This document shows positions 61,167-64,000 of a stretch of 64,000 nt of DNA, piece after piece. How positions within the stretch are numbered: the first letter of the stretch is position 1; each line of letters begins with the position of its first letter. Source of the stretch: Candidatus Margulisiibacteriota bacterium. Lineage in GTDB: Bacteria > Margulisbacteria > Marinamargulisbacteria > JBFWNS01. The stretch lies in the NCBI GenBank assembly GCA_050250935.1, contig JBFWNS010000001.1, positions 18,331-82,330 on the forward strand. Reading direction: 5' to 3'. The position numbers and the translations under genes are program-made. The notes beneath the pieces were generated by a model. The model made no database searches. It saw only the letters and a list, made by a program, of their open reading frames with translations, and had not been told where the DNA came from.

Positions 61167-62015
61167 TTACAGTTTGTCGGCGTTTTTGGTGATTTTGGTG
61201 TCTTTACGCAATTTTTCGAGATAGGCCTGGGTGATTTCCCGTTTTTTGTCGGCGACCAAGGCATCTCGGATTTGCTCGGCCACTTTGGGGGTAAAGTCGA
61301 CTTTGGGGCGAACCTGAACATCGATTAATTTAATGATGTGATAGCCGAACTGGGTTTTAACAGGCTCTGAAAGATCGCCTTTTTTAAGTGAAAAAGCCAC
61401 TTTTTCGAATTCGGGCACCATTTGGCCTTTGCCAAACCAACCCAAATCGCCGCCGTTGTTGGCTGCTGAAGGATCGGTGGATTTGGCTTTGGCCAGGGTT
61501 GCGAAATCGGCACCGGCTTTAAGCTGCTTTTGGATATCCAGCGCTTCGGCTTCGGTTTTAACCAAAATATGGCTGGCATGACGTTGTTCCAATTCAGCAA
61601 ATTGTTGGGGGTTTTGAACATAATACTGGTAGGCTGCGTTATCGCTGACTTCCGCTTCTTTTTCCACATGGTTGCGGATCATCAAAGCCAAGGTGAGTTG
61701 GTTTTCGGCCAATTGCAGCTGTTGTTTGTATTCGGCGGTTTTGGCGATGCCTTCTTTTTTGGCAGCGGATAAAATCAATTGTTCATCCACCATTTGGTCC
61801 AGAACTTTGGCTTTATTTTCTTTTTGCTGAAGGGCTTCGGCATATTGGGGCGGATAGGTGGCCAAGCGGTCATTGAGATCCTGCAAGGTGATTTTTTGGG
61901 TCCCTACTGTGGCCAATACCACTTTGTTGGGATCGTAAGACGCCATACCGCACAAAACACTAGAGGCCAGAAGCGCCGTCAGAATCAAAACAGCTTTTTG
62001 AGGAGAGGTACGCAT
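61167..62015 (-). CDS. PpiC-type peptidyl-prolyl isomerase (PrsA-like foldase)
   Basis: ASHILV, GGDLGWF, MVPEFE, TQFGYHII; signal peptide. Confidence 0.92.
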   Translation of the reverse strand: MRTSPQKAVLILTALLASSVLCGMASYDPNKVVLATVGTQKITLQDLNDRLATYPPQYAEALQQKENKAKVLDQMVDEQLILSAAKKEGIAKTAEYKQQLQLAENQLTLALMIRNHVEKEAEVSDNAAYQYYVQNPQQFAELEQRHASHILVKTEAEALDIQKQLKAGADFATLAKAKSTDPSAANNGGDLGWFGKGQMVPEFEKVAFSLKKGDLSEPVKTQFGYHIIKLIDVQVRPKVDFTPKVAEQIRDALVADKKREITQAYLEKLRKDTKITKNADKL

Positions 62016-62137
62016 GTGTATATCCTTTATCAAGATAAAATTCGGTCGAGGCCTAGTATAGAGAAGTCTGGGGCCAGTGTGAAGATAGACCCTAATAGAT
62101 GACAATTCGTTCCATTCGATGGTTCAATAGATTCACT

Positions 62138-63925
62138 ATGGATTCTGTACTTTTTAGGTCGCCTGCGGCTGTTTTAAAAGAGGTGTTTGGGTATAACGCA
62201 TTTCGGCAACACCAAGAATCCATCGTTTCAGCGTTGTTGAATCGGCAGGACTGTTTGGCCATTTTGCCCACCGGGTCTGGCAAATCGTTGTGCTATCAAT
62301 TGCCGGCCCTGTGTATGCCTGGCGTGACCTTGGTGATTTCCCCCTTAATTGCTTTGATGGAAGATCAGGTGATGCAACTGCAAAAAATGGGGGTGTCGGC
62401 CACGGTGCTCAACAGCAGCCAATCGTCTTTCGACAATGCCCGGGTGTTGAATACCCTATCTGCTTATAAGCTGATTTATGTGTCGCCAGAACGGGTAGCC
62501 ATGCCCGGTTTTTTTGATGCCTTTGCCCCAGGTGAACTGGCCATGGTGGTGGTGGACGAGGCCCATTGTATTTCGCAATGGGGACATGCGTTTCGGCCCG
62601 AATACCGGCTGTTATCGGCCATCAAGACCCGGTTTCCCACCGTCCCGGTTGCTGCGTTTACTGCCACAGCCACCCGAGACGTGGCCGCCGACATTGTGTC
62701 CCAATTGGGATTAATGGCGCCTTTTCAAGTACTGGGCGCTTTGGACCGAGAGAATTTAACCATTACCGTTAAAGAACGCAGCAATGCCAAACAACAGTTG
62801 CTGGACTGTTTGTCCCAACACCCCCAAGAAGCCTGTATTGTGTATGCGGGGACCCGAAAACGGGTGGATCAGTACCACGAGTTTTTGAATCAAAATGGCT
62901 TTGCGGCGGTCAAATACCATGCCGGGCTTTCGGATGGGGCCCGCCAAAAAGCCCAGCGCGATTTCGTGGCCGATGATGTTTCCATTATTGTGGCCACAGT
63001 GGCCTTCGGCATGGGCATAAACAAACCCGATGTTCGGTTGGTTTGCCACTTGGACATGCCCAAAAACATGGAGCAGTACTACCAAGAAATTGGCCGGGCG
63101 GGTCGGGATGGGTTGCCTGCCGAGTGCGTCTTGCTGTTTTCGGTTCAGGACGCGATTTTACAAAAACAGCTGTCCGAAGACCTTCCTGCGACCATCAAAC
63201 ACCACCAGTTTCGCAAAACCGACCAAATGCTGGCCTATTGCAACGCCACCGACTGCCGCAGAAAGGTATTGCTGCACTATTTTAACGAAACCTATCCCCA
63301 CGAAACTTGCGGGCAATGCGATGTGTGCACCCACCCCATTGCCTGGATGGACGGCACGGTTATTGCCCAGAAAATTTTGTCCTGTATCTATCGGCTGGAA
63401 AACCGATTTGGCCTGAGCACGGTGGTCGATGTTTTGGCTGGGGCCCAAACCGCGTCCATTGCCTCTCGGGGCCATGACAAACTCTCGACCTATGGTCTGC
63501 TTAAAGAACACCCCAAACACGACATTCGGGGCTGGGTTTTTGCCTTGATTAATTTGGACTATATTCTCTGCACCGATGGCGACTATCCGGTCTTAAAGCT
63601 AACCCCCAAAGCCAAATCGGTGTTGGTGGGTGGACAAACCGTTCAATTTAAACAAACCCAACCCCGTCCAGGCCGAAGTCGAAAGCCAAAAGCCACAATG
63701 GCATTTACCGAAAACACCTCGCTGTTGGCCCAATTAAAAGCCCTTCGCAAAACCCTAGCCGACAAACTTGGAGTGCCACCCTACGTGGTGTTCCACGACA
63801 AAACCCTCCACGAAATGGCCAGTGTTCGGCCCCAAACCCCCGAAGCCTTCCTCGAGATCAGTGGCGTGGGGCCCGCCAAACTGCGGCAATTCGGAACCGC
63901 CTTTTTGGGTATTTTAAACCCCTAG
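62138..63925 (+). CDS. recQ: ATP-dependent DNA helicase RecQ
   Basis: PTGSGKSLCYQLP, DEAHCISQWGH, QEIGRAGRDG, RQC zinc motif, HRDC domain. Confidence 0.96.
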   Translation: MDSVLFRSPAAVLKEVFGYNAFRQHQESIVSALLNRQDCLAILPTGSGKSLCYQLPALCMPGVTLVISPLIALMEDQVMQLQKMGVSATVLNSSQSSFDNARVLNTLSAYKLIYVSPERVAMPGFFDAFAPGELAMVVVDEAHCISQWGHAFRPEYRLLSAIKTRFPTVPVAAFTATATRDVAADIVSQLGLMAPFQVLGALDRENLTITVKERSNAKQQLLDCLSQHPQEACIVYAGTRKRVDQYHEFLNQNGFAAVKYHAGLSDGARQKAQRDFVADDVSIIVATVAFGMGINKPDVRLVCHLDMPKNMEQYYQEIGRAGRDGLPAECVLLFSVQDAILQKQLSEDLPATIKHHQFRKTDQMLAYCNATDCRRKVLLHYFNETYPHETCGQCDVCTHPIAWMDGTVIAQKILSCIYRLENRFGLSTVVDVLAGAQTASIASRGHDKLSTYGLLKEHPKHDIRGWVFALINLDYILCTDGDYPVLKLTPKAKSVLVGGQTVQFKQTQPRPGRSRKPKATMAFTENTSLLAQLKALRKTLADKLGVPPYVVFHDKTLHEMASVRPQTPEAFLEISGVGPAKLRQFGTAFLGILNP

Positions 63926-64000
63926 CGAAGCATTCAAGCCCCCTGAAAATTTAAAAGTTCTTTTTTATTTTATTTATATAAAAATTAACTATTTGAAAAA

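Overview
Chromosomal window from a diderm bacterium (LptA, Wza, short RpoD; phylum not assignable without a 16S search). Left arm: housekeeping genes (GT2 fragment, purS-like, purQ, trxB-like, lptA, rsmE, ppa), tRNA-Lys, RNase P RNA, a stand-alone Hanks-type kinase and a 16S rRNA-tRNA-Ile unit with no 23S rRNA after it. Centre (9238-45606): an apparently complete ~36.4 kb temperate myophage (lambda-like cos/terminase/portal, P2-like contractile tail) integrated by a large serine recombinase into the 3' end of tRNA-Ile2(CAT). It carries a copper-resistance operon directly behind its repressor, a ParA/ParG-like pair and a HEPN-like moron. The most unusual structure is beyond attR: three more att-like sites with the same architecture (TARGAGC-10 bp-tRNA-3'-end core) delimit 1.2-1.6 kb integrase-less cassettes (HEPN-like+KilA-N; hypothetical+RelE/HTH; Fic). 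Read in the recombinase frame, each site encodes an alternative recombinase C-terminus, three ending in a protease-tag-like LKVA/LKAA (one only after removing an 11-bp duplication), so integration would swap the recombinase tail. Right arm: rpoD, dnaG, Wza-like protein, an unannotated double-glycine-leader peptide gene, a 1065-aa orphan, tRNA-Ala, a degenerate flavoprotein, class II HMG-CoA reductase with an organelle-presequence-like N-terminus, DUF1761, a PpiC foldase and recQ. All family assignments come from motif recognition by eye, not database searches.
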